DNA of 64,000 nt from an uncultured Clostridia bacterium (GCA_947649935.1 CANSTR010000003.1:4123-68122); one strand, 5' to 3'; positions 30,160 through 42,058 are shown, counted from the first letter of the stretch. Translations and numbers: made by a program. The notes: a model not told the origin generated them from the sequence alone.

Positions 30160-31203
30160 TTAAAATTCATGATAACGATATCCGCAACTGCGTAGCAATC
30201 GATTCATAATGGCTATGCCCAAACCTCTTTTTTCAACGCCTTCGATTAAAATGATTTGCCCGCCTAATTCGTCCGCCTTTCGCAATGCAGAATACAGATT
30301 TTTCGCAACTTCTTCTAAATTATTTTTGCTTCCTAAACTAATAAATCGATGCTTGGAAACAACAATATTATTTTTATGCTCCTCAAAACCCAATATGACC
30401 ACATCGCCTTTATAATATTTCACCATTCGATTGAGCTCGAAAATCAGCGTTCCGTCCACTTTGGAATAAATTAATTCTGCGGGCGTTTTAGGGGCATAAT
30501 GTTTGTGTTTAACACCTGGACTTTCTACTTTTTCGTTTTCACTGACTGGCTCAAAAATGCCATTGGAAAATTTCACGCATCCAGCCACATCTCTAATTTC
30601 TTCTGGCGTGATTTTGCCTGGTCGTAAAATATGTGGCACTTCTTCAATGACTCTTACAACCGTGGATTCTAAGCCAATTTGCGTTTCTCCGCCATCTACA
30701 ATCGCCGAAACTTTTCCCTCCAATTCTTGACGAATATCTTCCACCGCCGTTCCACTTGGTCGCCCAGAAATGTTCGCACTTGGAGCCGCAATTGGAACGC
30801 CGGAAAACGTGATAATTCCTCTAGCAATTACATTGTCTGGCATACGCACTGCGACTGTTGGCAAACCACCTGATACAATATCTGGAATTTTATCTGTTTT
30901 ATTCAAAATTAACGTAAACGGGCCTGGCATAAAAGCATCAATTAGTTTTTGCTCTACCTCCGTTACTTCTCTTGCAATTTCACTAATCGTTTTTTTGTCA
31001 GAAATATGAACGATTACTGGATTATCGGAAGGTCTTCCTTTTGCCATAAAAATTTTTCCAATTGCTTTTTCGTCATACGCATTGGCGCCAATTCCGTAAA
31101 CGGTTTCTGTAGGAAATATAACGATTTCGCCGTTTTTGATTAAATTACATACAATTTTTAATTCATCTGTATTCGTAGTTTGTTTCCAGTTATAATACAT
31201 CAT
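30160..31203 (-). CDS. sua5: Threonylcarbamoyl-AMP synthase (Sua5/TsaC2)
   Basis: FPTETVYGIGA, KGRPSDNP, PGPFTLI, AAPSANISGRPS, GLESTV, SPG.K.KHYAP. Confidence 0.95.
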   Translation of the reverse strand: MMYYNWKQTTNTDELKIVCNLIKNGEIVIFPTETVYGIGANAYDEKAIGKIFMAKGRPSDNPVIVHISDKKTISEIAREVTEVEQKLIDAFMPGPFTLILNKTDKIPDIVSGGLPTVAVRMPDNVIARGIITFSGVPIAAPSANISGRPSGTAVEDIRQELEGKVSAIVDGGETQIGLESTVVRVIEEVPHILRPGKITPEEIRDVAGCVKFSNGIFEPVSENEKVESPGVKHKHYAPKTPAELIYSKVDGTLIFELNRMVKYYKGDVVILGFEEHKNNIVVSKHRFISLGSKNNLEEVAKNLYSALRKADELGGQIILIEGVEKRGLGIAIMNRLLRSCGYRYHEF

Positions 31204-31269
31204 TTTTTACCTCGTAAAGCGTATTATATCACATTTGGAACCATTATGTCAATTTTTCTGCCAAGAAAT

Positions 31270-32313
31270 TTACACAATTTGAATTTCTTTCTTGCCTTCT
31301 ACGACTTCTCCGATTAAATAGGCTTCTTCTCCGCAATCTCTCAAGATTTGAAGCGATTTTTCTACTTCGTTTTCTGGCACAATGATTGCCATTCCGATTC
31401 CCATGTTGAATGTGTTGTACATATCATGTGTCGGAATATCGCCTATTTTTTGAATTAATTGGAAAATGGCAGGCACTTTGTAAGCATCCGATTGGATACG
31501 CAACGCCACTTTTTCATTTAACATACGTGGCATGTTTTCATAAAATCCACCACCTGTGATGTGCGAAATCCCTTTGACATGGACTTTAGAAATTAATTCT
31601 AACGCTGGTTTTACGTAAATTTTGGTTGGTGTCAACAAACATTCGCCTAAACTCATGCCCAATTCTCCTTGGTATTGATTTAAAGCATTTTCGTCTGTAC
31701 CAATGCGAAATAATTTACGAATTAAGGAAAATCCGTTAGAATGAACGCCACTAGACGCTAATCCAATGACTTTGTCGCCAACTTCAATTGTGCTACTATC
31801 TATCATTTTCGCTTTGTCGACCATGCCGACTGCAAATCCTGCCAAATCGTATTCGTTTTCTGCATACATGCCTGGCATTTCGGCTGTTTCTCCGCCAATT
31901 AAGGCGCAACCTGCTTGTTTGCAACCATTTGCAATGCCACTTACAATATCTGCAACCATTTCAGGAATGTTTTTCCAAAGCGACATATAGTCCAAGAAAA
32001 ACAATGGTTTTGCGCCACAACACACGATGTCGTTAACACACATAGCGACACAATCTTGTCCGATGGTGTTATGCTGATTCATTAAAAAAGCCAATTTTAG
32101 CTTGGTTCCGACGCCATCTGTTCCGGATACAAAAATAGGTTCTTTGATGCCCGTTAAATTCGGAGCAAAAAGTCCACCAAAACCGCCAATATCGCCAACA
32201 ACGCCTTCATTATATGTACTTTGAATGGATTTTTTCATCAATTCTACTGACTTGTAACCAGCCGTCACATCAACCCCCGCGTTTTTATAACTCTCACTAA
32301 AACTTTTCTCCAT
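31270..32313 (-). CDS. purM: Phosphoribosylformylglycinamidine cyclo-ligase (AIR synthetase)
   Basis: YKNAGVDV, GTDGVGTKL, GGETAEMPG, SSGVHSNGFSL, HITGGG, FNMGIG. Confidence 0.96.
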   Translation of the reverse strand: MEKSFSESYKNAGVDVTAGYKSVELMKKSIQSTYNEGVVGDIGGFGGLFAPNLTGIKEPIFVSGTDGVGTKLKLAFLMNQHNTIGQDCVAMCVNDIVCCGAKPLFFLDYMSLWKNIPEMVADIVSGIANGCKQAGCALIGGETAEMPGMYAENEYDLAGFAVGMVDKAKMIDSSTIEVGDKVIGLASSGVHSNGFSLIRKLFRIGTDENALNQYQGELGMSLGECLLTPTKIYVKPALELISKVHVKGISHITGGGFYENMPRMLNEKVALRIQSDAYKVPAIFQLIQKIGDIPTHDMYNTFNMGIGMAIIVPENEVEKSLQILRDCGEEAYLIGEVVEGKKEIQIV

Positions 32314-32374
32314 AAAAGTTCCCTCCTTTTTTGATATATCTATTATAGTATAACTTTGGAAAAATAGCAATACT

Positions 32375-33061
32375 TTATCGTTTCATTTTCTTTAAAATTT
32401 CCTTTTGCTGACTGTCGATGCGATACGACTCACGCATCTTCTGCAAAGCTTTATTGAACGTAAAATCATCCAAATGATTTTGACCTTTCAAATAAGCCAT
32501 TGCTTTTTCGTTGAATTTAATCCCGATTTCTGCCAAGCACCACGCGGTCGCCATTTTCACATAATACCCTTCGTGTGAAATTTGGTCCAGCTTTTCTAAA
32601 ACTTGGTCAACAGACTCATCTGTAATGTAATAATCCAGCATCATGATGACCGCAAAACGTACCTCAAATTCCTCTTTTGAATCCAAATATGGCAGAATAA
32701 AATTCCACACTTTTTCCAAATCGTTTGGTTTGATTTTTAATGTCGGACAAAACGTATCACAAATCGCCCAACTATCGATTTTGGGCACAAACTTTTTGGT
32801 TAATTCCAACTTTTCATCCATATTTATTTTGCTATAAGCAATCACAAATCCTTGCAACATCACTTCTTCAAAACAGTCATCATCCGCCTGTTTTAAAAAT
32901 TCTTGTAAATCATATTCTTTGACAATTTTCTGCGCCAATTTTCGAAGCTGCGGCACACGAATTCCCAGCATTTTTTTCTCCGTATCTGGACATAATTTTT
33001 GATTGAATGCGCCATATTTTTCATCTGCTAGATTTTGTAATTCTTTTCTGATTTTTTTCAT
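32375..33061 (-). CDS. AlkD-like DNA alkylation repair protein
   Basis: LGIRVPQLRKLA, IDSWAICD, YYVKMATAW.LAE, NKALQK..ESYRI. Confidence 0.85.
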   Translation of the reverse strand: MKKIRKELQNLADEKYGAFNQKLCPDTEKKMLGIRVPQLRKLAQKIVKEYDLQEFLKQADDDCFEEVMLQGFVIAYSKINMDEKLELTKKFVPKIDSWAICDTFCPTLKIKPNDLEKVWNFILPYLDSKEEFEVRFAVIMMLDYYITDESVDQVLEKLDQISHEGYYVKMATAWCLAEIGIKFNEKAMAYLKGQNHLDDFTFNKALQKMRESYRIDSQQKEILKKMKR

Positions 33062-33064
33062 AAT

Positions 33065-33547
33065 TTACTCCTTCATTTTTCGCAAAATTTCCTCTAAACT
33101 TTTCTCATTTTTGTTACGAAATTCGATAATTTTTCCTAAATTAATTTGGTGATTTTCTTTCGTATCATTCTCTTTTTTTAAAACATCATAATCCATGTTT
33201 TCTTCCTTTTCATATTCGCTTTTATAAAGCGGATTATAACAACTTAGTTCATGAGCTGGATGTCTTTCATCGCTTAAATCTCTTTTTACAATTCTTTCCC
33301 AATTTTCATCAAAATTTTCTACCATTGCATTAATCGTGATAGCATCATATTGATACTTTTTTGAAAATTTTTCAAATACACTTTTCCATTTCAAATCAAA
33401 CGGATACTCTATGATAATATTTTCATCCTTACGCCTCATACTTTCTTCTAATAGATTCGTAAAAAATTGATTGGATAATTGATTTAAATTTGCTAAAGTC
33501 GTTTTTCCGGAGCCAGCTATGCCCGTAATAATGATTAATTTATTCAT
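33065..33547 (-). CDS. P-loop kinase-like protein, apparently with an in-frame internal deletion
   Basis: LIIITGIAGSGKTTLA then abrupt jump to helix and IIIEYPF; RD...RHP.H lid motif. Confidence 0.6.
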   Translation of the reverse strand: MNKLIIITGIAGSGKTTLANLNQLSNQFFTNLLEESMRRKDENIIIEYPFDLKWKSVFEKFSKKYQYDAITINAMVENFDENWERIVKRDLSDERHPAHELSCYNPLYKSEYEKEENMDYDVLKKENDTKENHQINLGKIIEFRNKNEKSLEEILRKMKE

Positions 33548-33618
33548 ATTCTTCCTCTCTTTTCATGAACTAAAATAATTTCTTCATTTGACTCTTTTTT
33601 TGGTGGACGCCTTCGTCG

Positions 33619-34911
33619 TTAATCCGCAGTTTCTTCTCCTTCTTTTTCTACAAATTCAATATCCTCTTTTCGATACTGTTCTGGTCTCAAACCAAACCTT
33701 GTTCGCATGTAATCTAGTATCAAAATCAGAATGGCAAGTGAAGCTAAACTGACAACTAAAATCGCATTTTGGATGCTGATTACATTTAGCAATAATCCGC
33801 CTAAAATTGACATGATACTTGCCGTGATTCCTCCAATCAATTCATAAGTAAATGTAATTTTATTTCGCATTTCTGGCTGGCTAAAATTCTTCAAATATTT
33901 GTATTCTAAAATGTACCAAATCGATGTCACCATTTTTGCCAAACAATACATCAACAATATCATCGGAATGATGGCATTTCCTGTCAATTTTGTCACACAA
34001 AGACCTATCACCAAGTAACTTCCGATATACAACATCGACAAAAAAGTTAAGACCCTATTTTTGAATTTCTTTTCTAAGGCAGGAATCAAATTAACAGACA
34101 ATCCGCCAATAAAAGTTAAAATAGCAAAAATCATCGAAAATTGCTCTTCTGGAATGCCAATATCAGTTAACAAATCACCTTTGTAAGTATCAAAAATAGA
34201 AATGATTCCATAGAAAACCGCACCAAATAAAATGTACGATTTCATCCTTCTGGAATGCACAATAAATTTCATCGATACTTTTAAATCATGCTTGTATTCA
34301 CCCAAAAATTTTCGCAAATTTTTTTGCTCTTTTTGGAGCGGATAAATTTCTTTAAAAAACAAAGAAATTAGCAGTGAAATAACCGTAAATCCTAAGCAAA
34401 TATACATCGGCAAATAATTGTTGATGACAAACAAATACCCCGCTACCAAAGAAGCAATTCCGTCCAAAATATAATACCAACTTCCACCTTTGGCATCTAG
34501 TTTGGTATATAAGCCATCACCACCGTGCGTTGCAACGGAATCGTATAGCAAATTGGACTCCGAAATGGCTTTCATAATATAACCTAATGCCGCTATCAAA
34601 TTGGAAAGAATGACACTCATAGCGCCTGGCATAACAATTAATATCACCATACTAATAACAACCAGCAAGTTTCCCCAAATGATACTTTTTCGTTTTCCAA
34701 TGGCATCGCAAATTGCAATTCCTGGAATATTCATCACCACTTTAAACACAATATATAATCCATTGATTGTCAAAATTTCTGCTGCGGTTAGGCCTTTTGT
34801 TAATGTATAAAACAAAAATTCAATGGAATAATAAAATAACAAATCCCAGGAAAACATTTTGTAAATTGGGTATAATTTTGCATTTCTACGTCTGGATTGA
34901 TTTAGATTCAT
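33619..34911 (-). CDS. MFS transporter
   Basis: Motif A G.ICDAIGKRKS; about 12 TMs; RBS before MNLNQS. Confidence 0.85.
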   Translation of the reverse strand: MNLNQSRRRNAKLYPIYKMFSWDLLFYYSIEFLFYTLTKGLTAAEILTINGLYIVFKVVMNIPGIAICDAIGKRKSIIWGNLLVVISMVILIVMPGAMSVILSNLIAALGYIMKAISESNLLYDSVATHGGDGLYTKLDAKGGSWYYILDGIASLVAGYLFVINNYLPMYICLGFTVISLLISLFFKEIYPLQKEQKNLRKFLGEYKHDLKVSMKFIVHSRRMKSYILFGAVFYGIISIFDTYKGDLLTDIGIPEEQFSMIFAILTFIGGLSVNLIPALEKKFKNRVLTFLSMLYIGSYLVIGLCVTKLTGNAIIPMILLMYCLAKMVTSIWYILEYKYLKNFSQPEMRNKITFTYELIGGITASIMSILGGLLLNVISIQNAILVVSLASLAILILILDYMRTRFGLRPEQYRKEDIEFVEKEGEETAD

Positions 34912-34935
34912 TTTGGTCTCCTTTCGGTTTTGGGT

Positions 34936-35009
34936 AGGCAAGGGTGGAACCTTTTTTTCCATCATTTTATATCATGTTTTTGGGTGGGCACGGTGCCCCG
35001 TACCCCTAC
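34936..35009 (-). repeat. One partial and one complete GTAG-type REP
   Basis: GGCAAGGGTGGAACCTT and GGGCACGGTGCCCCGTACCCCTAC. Confidence 0.7.
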
Positions 35010-35011
35010 GA

Positions 35012-36700
35012 TTACGCATGGATTAATTTGTAATATTCGCCCTGTTGCTCTAATAAATTTTCATGATTTCCTTGCTCGATGATTTTGCCATCTTGCAAAT
35101 AAATAATTTTGTCACAATCTTTAATGGTAGACAAACGGTGGGCAATAATCAAACTAATTTTGCCTTTGGTAATTTCTCGAATCGCATTTTGGACAAGCAT
35201 CTCAGACTTATCACTAAGGGATGCCGTCGCCTCATCCAAAATCAGAATATCCGGATTTTGCACCATGACTCTTGCAAAATTAATCATCTGCTTTTCGCCA
35301 TTAGAAAACAGGTCTGTTTCGCTGTCAATCACGGTGTCGTAACCATTTTCAAACTGTCTGATTTTCTCATGCAAATTTAATTTCTGGCAAATTTCGATTA
35401 TTTTTTCTCGCGCAATATTTTTCTTCGCTATATTAATATTTTCCAAAATCGTTCCTTCAAAAATCACGACTTTTTGCAAAATATAACCAATTTTATCACG
35501 CAAACTTTGGATGCTAAAATCCTGATAATTCTGCCCATTGATTAGAATTTCGCCTTGCTCCAACTCATAAAAACGGCAAAGCAGATTCACCAAACTCGTT
35601 TTGCCACTTCCTGTTCTACCAATTAGCGCCACCTTTTCATTTTGGTTTACTTCGAGCGAGATTCCGCTTAGCACTTTTTGATTTTTATCATACGAAAAAT
35701 GAATATCTCTAAATACAACATTTTCCACTTTGGAAAGCGTCTTTCCTGCCTCAATTTCTTCCTCCGCTTTTTCCAAAACCGCCAACACTTTTTGGTACGA
35801 AATCTCGCTCACATTGCGATACTGAAAACCTTCAATCACCCATTTCGCATAACATTCTGGCGACGAAATATAACGCGCCAAAACAATCAAAGTTCCATAA
35901 GAGGCAATTCCTTGCAACACACTAACGCCACTCAGCACAATTGTTACCACCAAAACAAACGAAACAATGTAATCATAAAAACAGGTATACATGCGAATAT
36001 TTTTCTCTAGTTTTTCAACTGCCTTTTCATAATTTTTGAGCAACTTTTTCAATTCTGCCATTCTTTGTGCTTGCACTTCCAAAGCTTTAACAGTTTCAAA
36101 ACCATTGATTTGCTCATTGGAAAATCCCAAAATCTCACTATTGATTTTTCTCTTTTGCTCCGTAAATTGTAGTGACTTTTTCTGAAATACAAAAGCAACC
36201 ACAAAACCAATGCCATAAATCACCATCGCAACCAGAATAATCGGAACATTCAAATACAGCAAAACAGCCAATGTGCCAATTAACCTTAGCAAGCCTCTTG
36301 TGTAGCTTCGGTCAATCCCCCAATCCCAATATTTTCCCATTTCTTTGGTGTCATTTAACATATTTTCCAAAACATTGCCAGCATTCAAATGGTCAATTTC
36401 GCTTTGTTGCATGTTTTGTAATTTGACAAATATTTTTTCGCGATAATCTGCTTCCACATTTTTTTGCAAATCCGTTTCTGCAAAATCTTCCCAAAAATTA
36501 ACCACTGCTCTAAACAGATTGACAACAACATAAATTACGCCCAGTTTGACGATTAATTTTATATCACCACTCGGAACTGCATATTCCACCATAATAATCA
36601 TAAACGTGATAAACAGAACAATTGCAATCGTTGTAACCGTACTTCCCATAGCAGCATTAATCGCCATTTTTCGATAACGGCTCCAAATTTCTCTAAACAT
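35012..36700 (-). CDS. ABC exporter (TMD plus NBD)
   Basis: GRTGSGKTS, FSNGEKQ, ILDEATASL, IAHRLSTI. Confidence 0.9.
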   Translation of the reverse strand: MFREIWSRYRKMAINAAMGSTVTTIAIVLFITFMIIMVEYAVPSGDIKLIVKLGVIYVVVNLFRAVVNFWEDFAETDLQKNVEADYREKIFVKLQNMQQSEIDHLNAGNVLENMLNDTKEMGKYWDWGIDRSYTRGLLRLIGTLAVLLYLNVPIILVAMVIYGIGFVVAFVFQKKSLQFTEQKRKINSEILGFSNEQINGFETVKALEVQAQRMAELKKLLKNYEKAVEKLEKNIRMYTCFYDYIVSFVLVVTIVLSGVSVLQGIASYGTLIVLARYISSPECYAKWVIEGFQYRNVSEISYQKVLAVLEKAEEEIEAGKTLSKVENVVFRDIHFSYDKNQKVLSGISLEVNQNEKVALIGRTGSGKTSLVNLLCRFYELEQGEILINGQNYQDFSIQSLRDKIGYILQKVVIFEGTILENINIAKKNIAREKIIEICQKLNLHEKIRQFENGYDTVIDSETDLFSNGEKQMINFARVMVQNPDILILDEATASLSDKSEMLVQNAIREITKGKISLIIAHRLSTIKDCDKIIYLQDGKIIEQGNHENLLEQQGEYYKLIHA

Positions 36701-38465
36701 ATTCTCCCTCTTCTTCCAAAATCGTATTTTGCTTCATCTCAAGCATCTGCCTATACGCTTCGCTGTTTTCCATAAAATAAGCATGGGTATTCATTTTCGC
36801 TTGGTTTTCATGAATAAAAATGACCCTACTACATGCTTTGACCACCTGAATATCATGCGAAATCATTAACACGCCTTTGTTCAGTGCCATCATATTTTCC
36901 AAAATATTCAATTTAGTTCGTGTATCTAACTTTGAAAGCGAATCATCCAAAATGATAAAGGCATGGTCTGACAAAATATTGCGTGCAATCGCCACTCTTT
37001 GCTTTTGTCCGCCAGACAAATTTTCTCCGCCACTTTCCAAAACTGTATCTAGCTTGTCTTCAAATCGTTCAATATCTTGATACATATCCACTGCTTTCAA
37101 GGCTTCTAGCATTTCGCATTCTGACAATTCTGAATCCGTTATTCTTAAATTCTCGCGAATCGTATCATGAAACAAATATGTATCTTGCAAAACCAAGCCA
37201 ACATAATCGCGAATGCTTTTCGGACTGACGTCTTTTAAATTGTTTTCCCCAATCCAAATGTTGCCTTCGTATTCATAAAATCCAAGCAATGTTTTCGCCA
37301 AAATCGTTTTTCCGGCGCCATTATCGCCAATAATGGCAATATTTTCGCCTTGCTTGATTTCCAAACTCATGTTTTGCAAAATCGTATTTCCGCCTAATTT
37401 GACGCTCACATTTTCCAACACAATATTGCCTTGCAATTTTTTGTCTTCCTTGTTTTGCTCTTCTTCCTTAACTTCCATCAAATGCGCCAATTTGCGATAC
37501 GAAACCAAAAATTGGTTCAAATCTTTTAACTTATCCACTGTGTCATAAATATACTCGGAAATTTTATTGGCATAACTCAAAAGCACCGAAACCACCGCCA
37601 ATGACATCTGCCCTTGCACGACTAAAATTCCACCAAACAGCAAGATAATCGGCTCTTTGAAATTACGGATGCTGTGTGTGCCAATTCCATAAACCACGCG
37701 ATATTTGCCCAATTTTAATTCGGTTTTGCGATAGGCTTCGTTCACCTTTTTAAAATCTGCAATTTCGTTCCTTTTTAGATTAAACGCTTTTTGCATTTTG
37801 GAATTTGTCACTGCATTTCTCGTTTTTTCAATGATTTGCTTATTCGCCTCCATCGTTTCTTCCACCAAATGGATAGACGCTTTATAATACCAAATCGACA
37901 ACAAGACAATGCAAAAACAAATCATAAAAACAAACACGCCACACGCTTGATTCAACTCAAAAATTTGCACCACCGAAAATCCCACAATAAAAATCGTATC
38001 CAAAAACAAATTCAATTGCGAATTAAAAAAGTCCGCATAAATCAAAGCATCATTGTTCACCCTTTGAATCACGTCTGCATGATTAATTTCACTAAAGGAT
38101 GAATATTTCATTTTCGAAAGATGATTTAAAATCGTATATTTCACATTGCGATTGATTCTTAAATTAAATTTTGTACTGATTTTACTGCGTATGTATTTTA
38201 AAATAAAAGCAATGGTGTTCAAAGCCACAAGTACCAATGCCAAAATCAGCAATTTTGAAATCGCGCTATCTTGATAAAACAGGCACGTAATCCAAGTTGG
38301 GATAACGTTTTCCTGTTGCATCACAATGCCATCTAGCGCATATTGAATAAACATCGGTATATAGACATTTAATTTCGAAGTTATCATCGTCAAAACCAAA
38401 ATCCACAAAATCTGCTTTGTTGTTCCCTTCAACGTTTCTCTCAAAAAACTGTATTTCTTCTTCAT
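36693..38465 (-). CDS. ABC exporter (TMD plus NBD), heterodimer partner
   Basis: GDNGAGKT, LSGGQKQR, ILDDSLSKLD; start taken at MKKKYS. Confidence 0.9.
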   Translation of the reverse strand: MKKKYSFLRETLKGTTKQILWILVLTMITSKLNVYIPMFIQYALDGIVMQQENVIPTWITCLFYQDSAISKLLILALVLVALNTIAFILKYIRSKISTKFNLRINRNVKYTILNHLSKMKYSSFSEINHADVIQRVNNDALIYADFFNSQLNLFLDTIFIVGFSVVQIFELNQACGVFVFMICFCIVLLSIWYYKASIHLVEETMEANKQIIEKTRNAVTNSKMQKAFNLKRNEIADFKKVNEAYRKTELKLGKYRVVYGIGTHSIRNFKEPIILLFGGILVVQGQMSLAVVSVLLSYANKISEYIYDTVDKLKDLNQFLVSYRKLAHLMEVKEEEQNKEDKKLQGNIVLENVSVKLGGNTILQNMSLEIKQGENIAIIGDNGAGKTILAKTLLGFYEYEGNIWIGENNLKDVSPKSIRDYVGLVLQDTYLFHDTIRENLRITDSELSECEMLEALKAVDMYQDIERFEDKLDTVLESGGENLSGGQKQRVAIARNILSDHAFIILDDSLSKLDTRTKLNILENMMALNKGVLMISHDIQVVKACSRVIFIHENQAKMNTHAYFMENSEAYRQMLEMKQNTILEEEGEYV

Positions 38466-38580
38466 TTTTTCCTCTCGTATTTTGCTAATTTTTCCTTTTT
38501 TATTATACCGATAAATCAAAAAACATGCAACATAAAAAGACATAAAATAACAAAATATTATCTAAAATTTGTAGCATAAC

Positions 38581-38830
38581 GAAAAAACGCCCAACTCATT
38601 TTAAGGCGTTTTTAGCGACTTTTTTAATTTTTTAGACAAAAATGACTAAAAAGTCGTTTTTCGTGCATTAGACGAATTTTTAGGTATTTTTCCGGGCGTG
38701 TTTTTGGCAGACATCCAAAAACAGCGACGCATTTTAAGCGATTTTAAGGCATTTTAAAAAAGTAGGTAATGCAACCATACCCTAGATGGGGTAAAATCGT
38801 CAAAATAGCCTCTAAAATGTTTCTACGGCG
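38581..38830. repeat. Non-coding tract of phased ATTTTAAG repeats and imperfect inverted repeats
   Basis: ATTTTAAGCG-ATTTTAAGGC-ATTTTAAAAA at 10-bp period, mirrored by TAAAATCGTCAAAATAGCCTCTAAAATG. Confidence 0.5.
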
Positions 38831-38889
38831 ATGTAGCATTTTTTAAGAAAAATAGCATCAAATTTGTTTTTGAATCTATAAAAACTTTA

Positions 38890-39750
38890 TCAACAAGTAA
38901 TTTCTGGCAACCAATTTTTAATTTTTTGCTTTGTTTGCTCATATCCTTGCTCATACAATTCATCCACTTTTTTCCAATCCAGTAACCCCACATTATTGGT
39001 TTCGATTTCTAACAAATAATCCGTTCCATCCCATTCGTAACGCGCCAACTCATGGCATAAAATGCCAAACGATTTATCCAAAATTTGCACCACATTATCA
39101 CAACATTTCTTTGGCGTTTTTTCGACAAAAACAATACTAACCACTTTATCGGCACCAATTCTCTTGGTTTCACGCCACGGCAAATTCTCCGCCAAACCGC
39201 CGTCCACCAAAAGCGTATCTCGATATTCACACGGACAAAAAACACCTGGATAACTGCAACTCGCCTGCACAGCAGTTCCAATATCCACATTATTAATATA
39301 TTTAATATTTTTCTCATTTCGAATCAACGGTCCAGAATGAAAAACATACAATTCCTCTGTATAAATATTGACGGTCGGAATAATCAATTTTCTAGGCACT
39401 TGATTGATATTTTGTATCCCTTTTGCCCTACACAATCGATGCGCAAAATCATAAATCGACTTTCCGCTATTCAACCCAGTCAATTTTACTTTTCCTGTTT
39501 CTAAAAAATGTTTGCTCACATTCCAAACATTGTTCCAATCCCAATAACCAATTTTTTTGGCGTATTTTTTGAACGCAACATAAATTTCATCAGTCGAATA
39601 ACCACAGGCATATAAAGTCGCAACAATGCTCCCAGACGACGTCCCCGAAATATATTCAAAATGAACACCAGCTTCCCTCAAAGCCTTAATCGCACCAATA
39701 TGCGCCGCACCTTTGATGCCACCACCAGCCAAACACAAACCCAATTTCAT
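38890..39750 (-). CDS. Patatin-like phospholipase
   Basis: LAGGGIKGAAHIG, GTSSG nucleophile, ASCSYPGVF, LVDGG. Confidence 0.92.
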   Translation of the reverse strand: MKLGLCLAGGGIKGAAHIGAIKALREAGVHFEYISGTSSGSIVATLYACGYSTDEIYVAFKKYAKKIGYWDWNNVWNVSKHFLETGKVKLTGLNSGKSIYDFAHRLCRAKGIQNINQVPRKLIIPTVNIYTEELYVFHSGPLIRNEKNIKYINNVDIGTAVQASCSYPGVFCPCEYRDTLLVDGGLAENLPWRETKRIGADKVVSIVFVEKTPKKCCDNVVQILDKSFGILCHELARYEWDGTDYLLEIETNNVGLLDWKKVDELYEQGYEQTKQKIKNWLPEITC

Positions 39751-39751
39751 A

Positions 39752-39895
39752 AAAAAATCACCTAAAATATCATATTCTAGATGATTTTTTTTGCTACTAA
39801 ATTTCAAATTCATTATCGTTAACTGCCTTAGCATGATGATAATACATATCACTTACCGAGAACATGGCATGTTCTAAGGACTTACTGTTTAACTA
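39752..39895 (-). ncRNA. Candidate structured RNA downstream of DUF3800, ending in a terminator-like hairpin
   Basis: Own consensus promoter; nested stems GTTAA/TTAAC, CCTTAG/CTAAGG, AGAACAT/ATGTTCT, TGATA/TATCA; GTAAGT twice. Confidence 0.55.
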
Positions 39896-39901
39896 TATTT
39901 T

Positions 39902-39930
39902 ATTATAGCATAAATTTTTACATTTGTCAA
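39902..39930 (-). promoter_or_regulatory. Perfect sigma-A promoter
   Basis: TTGACA (39930-39925), 17 bp, TG-C-TATAAT (39907-39902). Confidence 0.8.
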
Positions 39931-39954
39931 TAGGCTATTATCATTTTTTATACT

Positions 39955-40644
39955 TTATTTGGGTGGAAAGAAAAACAAAGGCAAAATATATTCCTTTTGA
40001 CTTAATTCCTTCAGTTCCTTTTGATAGGCTCCTCTCGTCATTAAATTGGAATACATAATATTCGAAAAAACATCTGCTATTTGAATCAATGGATTCTGTG
40101 CAGAATCATAGTATTTTACTTGAACAGAATCCACAAATTCTGCATTTAGCACCATTTCTTGATTCAAATAATCTTCTAAAGAATATTTAGAACCTGTTTT
40201 CACATTCCTTTCATCAATATGTAAAAATAATTTTGCATCTCGAATATATTTTCTCTGCACCGCATTGATCAAAAATAACTTGAGCAAATAATTAAAGGTT
40301 CTTGCTTTATTCGAAATAAATTTTTCTTGCAATTGATGATTATCCAAAACAATATACGCTACTTTGAAACAATCCTTTTGACAAAAAAAATGCATAAATT
40401 CTAACTTCATTTTTCGATTAAAACAACTTCCCTTTATTTCTCGAAATTTGCCATTTTTATCAAACATCTTATTTTCTAAATCTAGTTTTTTTAAAGTTTC
40501 TAAATTTTTTCTTATAAAAATTTTATATGCTCTTCTCAATTGTTTTTCATGCCTTGACATCATAATGCCAATAACAAAAAATTGATTGAGTCCATTCTTC
40601 TTTGGATGTACACTTCCAGATTCATCCATATACATGTTCATCAT
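39955..40644 (-). CDS. DUF3800-family protein
   Basis: N-terminal MYMDESG, C-terminal DS....IQIADVFSN. Confidence 0.85.
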   Translation of the reverse strand: MMNMYMDESGSVHPKKNGLNQFFVIGIMMSRHEKQLRRAYKIFIRKNLETLKKLDLENKMFDKNGKFREIKGSCFNRKMKLEFMHFFCQKDCFKVAYIVLDNHQLQEKFISNKARTFNYLLKLFLINAVQRKYIRDAKLFLHIDERNVKTGSKYSLEDYLNQEMVLNAEFVDSVQVKYYDSAQNPLIQIADVFSNIMYSNLMTRGAYQKELKELSQKEYILPLFFFPPK

Positions 40645-40731
40645 ATTCTATAATTCCTTATTGCGGGATTTTTTCTGGCAGAAATTGCCACGAATAAATT
40701 ATTTATATCACAGTTCTTTACATTTGTCAAT

Positions 40732-40764
40732 AAAAAATGGAGATGTTCTAAAAATACATCTCCA
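40732..40764 (-). terminator. Intrinsic terminator after purA
   Basis: TGGAGATGT/ACATCTCCA stem followed by T6 on the minus strand. Confidence 0.65.
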
Positions 40765-40776
40765 AAAATATCCTCT

Positions 40777-42058
<1,282 letters not shown>

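Noticed and set aside
31972-31983. Trp at a usually Gly position in PurM (SLWKN), CTT TGG AAA
   Set aside because: Frame is preserved and one substitution explains it; not a recoding site
38890-39750. Patatin as CBASS CapV effector
   Set aside because: No CD-NTase or other CBASS genes nearby; looks like an ordinary clostridial patatin
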